A stretch of DNA of 63,309 nucleotides, the filler included, from Stramenopiles sp. TOSAG23-3 (Eukaryota): the NCBI GenBank assembly GCA_900128585.1. It is 13 parts of 13 records of this genome, joined end to end, with 100 filler letters (N's around TTAATTAATTAA, not from the genome) between each part and the next. Parts side by side here need not be neighbours in the genome. Positions count along the whole stretch, not along the records: positions 62,302 to 63,309 come from LT646724.1; 12 more parts are not named here. One strand, written 5' to 3'. The notes under the pieces were generated by a model, which was not told the origin of the DNA, did no database searches, and was given only the letters and a program-made list of their open reading frames with translations. Position numbers and translations under genes: made by a program. Each line of letters opens with the position of its first letter. Within the stretch, counting starts at the first letter, position 1. Positions 62,302-63,309 of the stretch are shown one piece after another.

Positions 62302-63309
62302 TTCAAAATCTTCGTCTTTAAAAATCGCTCCACCTTCTTCCCTGCCGTGTACTGCTGCAGCATGTCAATGATGCCGACGAAGTAGATCGCCCGCATCGGC
62401 TCGGCCGCGATCCCACCAAAACACTTCTCGAACCGTGAACAGTACGCTTGGGGCTCAGGGATTACCCCCCCCGCCGGCTCGCTCTCGTGCACCCCCAGCA
62501 GCAGCGAATAGTCCATGATCTTCATCCTGTTCATGAAACCCGAGTCGAGCTTGATCTGCCTCAACAGGGCGTGCTTCATGTCCGTTGAAACGGACATCTT
62601 TCCCTTCAGGTTCAAGTCCTTCAGGGTGGGGAGCTTATTCGCGCCATGCTTATTTTGGTAATGCAGCCTTTGCTCCTGCGACACGAAGCGGTTCGCCGTG
62701 GACCCCTTGAGGTCAAACTTCACGTCCACGGAGAGCACGGTGTCGAACACGTTGTTGCAAATCATCAGCCGGATGATGTCTTGGGGCCTTACCCCGATTT
62801 GGACCTTGATCAGGCCGTAAATTTTTGGGAGAAGGGTCTCGGGGTTGTTCTTGCAGTGATCGACGTAGTGGGGAAGGATGCTCCTCAGTGTTCTGGCCTC
62901 AGACTTTGTGATCCCTTTCACGATGAAGTGGTTGCTTTTGGACCGAAGGAACATTGCCCCGCTAGCGCCTCCGCCGAACGCAACGACCTCCAAGCTCTCA
63001 TCGAGCAGGCTGTTCACGTAAAAATCGTCGCTGATTTTGAAGACGTCCCTTCGCAACGCGCGAAACACGGAGGGGGAGTAGTTCGATCGAAGGCCAGGTT
63101 CGTATATCTCTTTGTTCATCACTTTGTTCTTCAACGCTATTACGCCGGGGTCCAGCGGCTTTGCCCTCTCGCGCATGGTCCGATCTATTGCAAACATGTC
63201 GTGGATCTGAAGCTCCTCGACCGGGACGTTCGGGTACCCGTGCTGGAGGAAGATGCTCTCTTGGATCGAGGAGTGCACTATGGTCGCCACCTGCTCGTTA
63301 GTCGGGTTG
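62302..63309 (-). CDS. Phosphatidylinositol-phosphate kinase (PIP5K family), partial
   Basis: YSPSVFRALR, GASGAMF, FIVKGI, TLLPKIYG, FDLKGS, LKDLN, IMDYSLLLG and GIIDMLQQY. Confidence 0.93.

Noticed and set aside
1-63309. tRNA, rRNA or snRNA genes
   Set aside because: None recognised by eye. A covariance-model scan would be needed to exclude them.

Overview
This window is not contiguous DNA. It is 13 unrelated contigs (ten of about 5.9 kb, three of about 1 kb) joined by artificial 100-nt N44-TTAATTAATTAA-N44 spacers. The DNA is eukaryotic: intron-poor, GC-richer ORFs, very AT-rich intergenic DNA, short GT-AG introns with CTAAC branch points, and ciliary genes. A flagellated protist, probably a marine stramenopile SAG/MAG, is my inference. 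Recognisable genes include DCP1, CFAP251/WDR66, DBF4, CWC2, MESD, PPP4R4-like, importin-11-like, an RCC1-TBC GAP, an ankyrin-MAPKKK, prohibitin/SPFH, an FtsX-type permease, arylsulfatase, Dispatched-like, a DHHC-like acyltransferase, an ankyrin-DUF900 hydrolase and PIP5K. The most interesting observations are: (1) a single-ORF Trm10 tRNA methyltransferase-SDR fusion with a degenerate SDR catalytic motif, echoing the animal mitochondrial TRMT10C-SDR5C1 complex; (2) a 1723-aa secreted protein with three BPI/LBP-like domains apparently nested inside each other and tipped by an antimicrobial-peptide-like cationic helix, on a contig whose two ends are an exact 79-bp repeat; (3) a dispersed AT-rich repeat/MITE family that mostly lies in sense orientation just downstream of stop codons; (4) a foreign-looking contig with a truncated SF2 helicase and a possible degenerate tyrosine recombinase. 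All protein calls come from motif recognition by eye, and no database searches were run.
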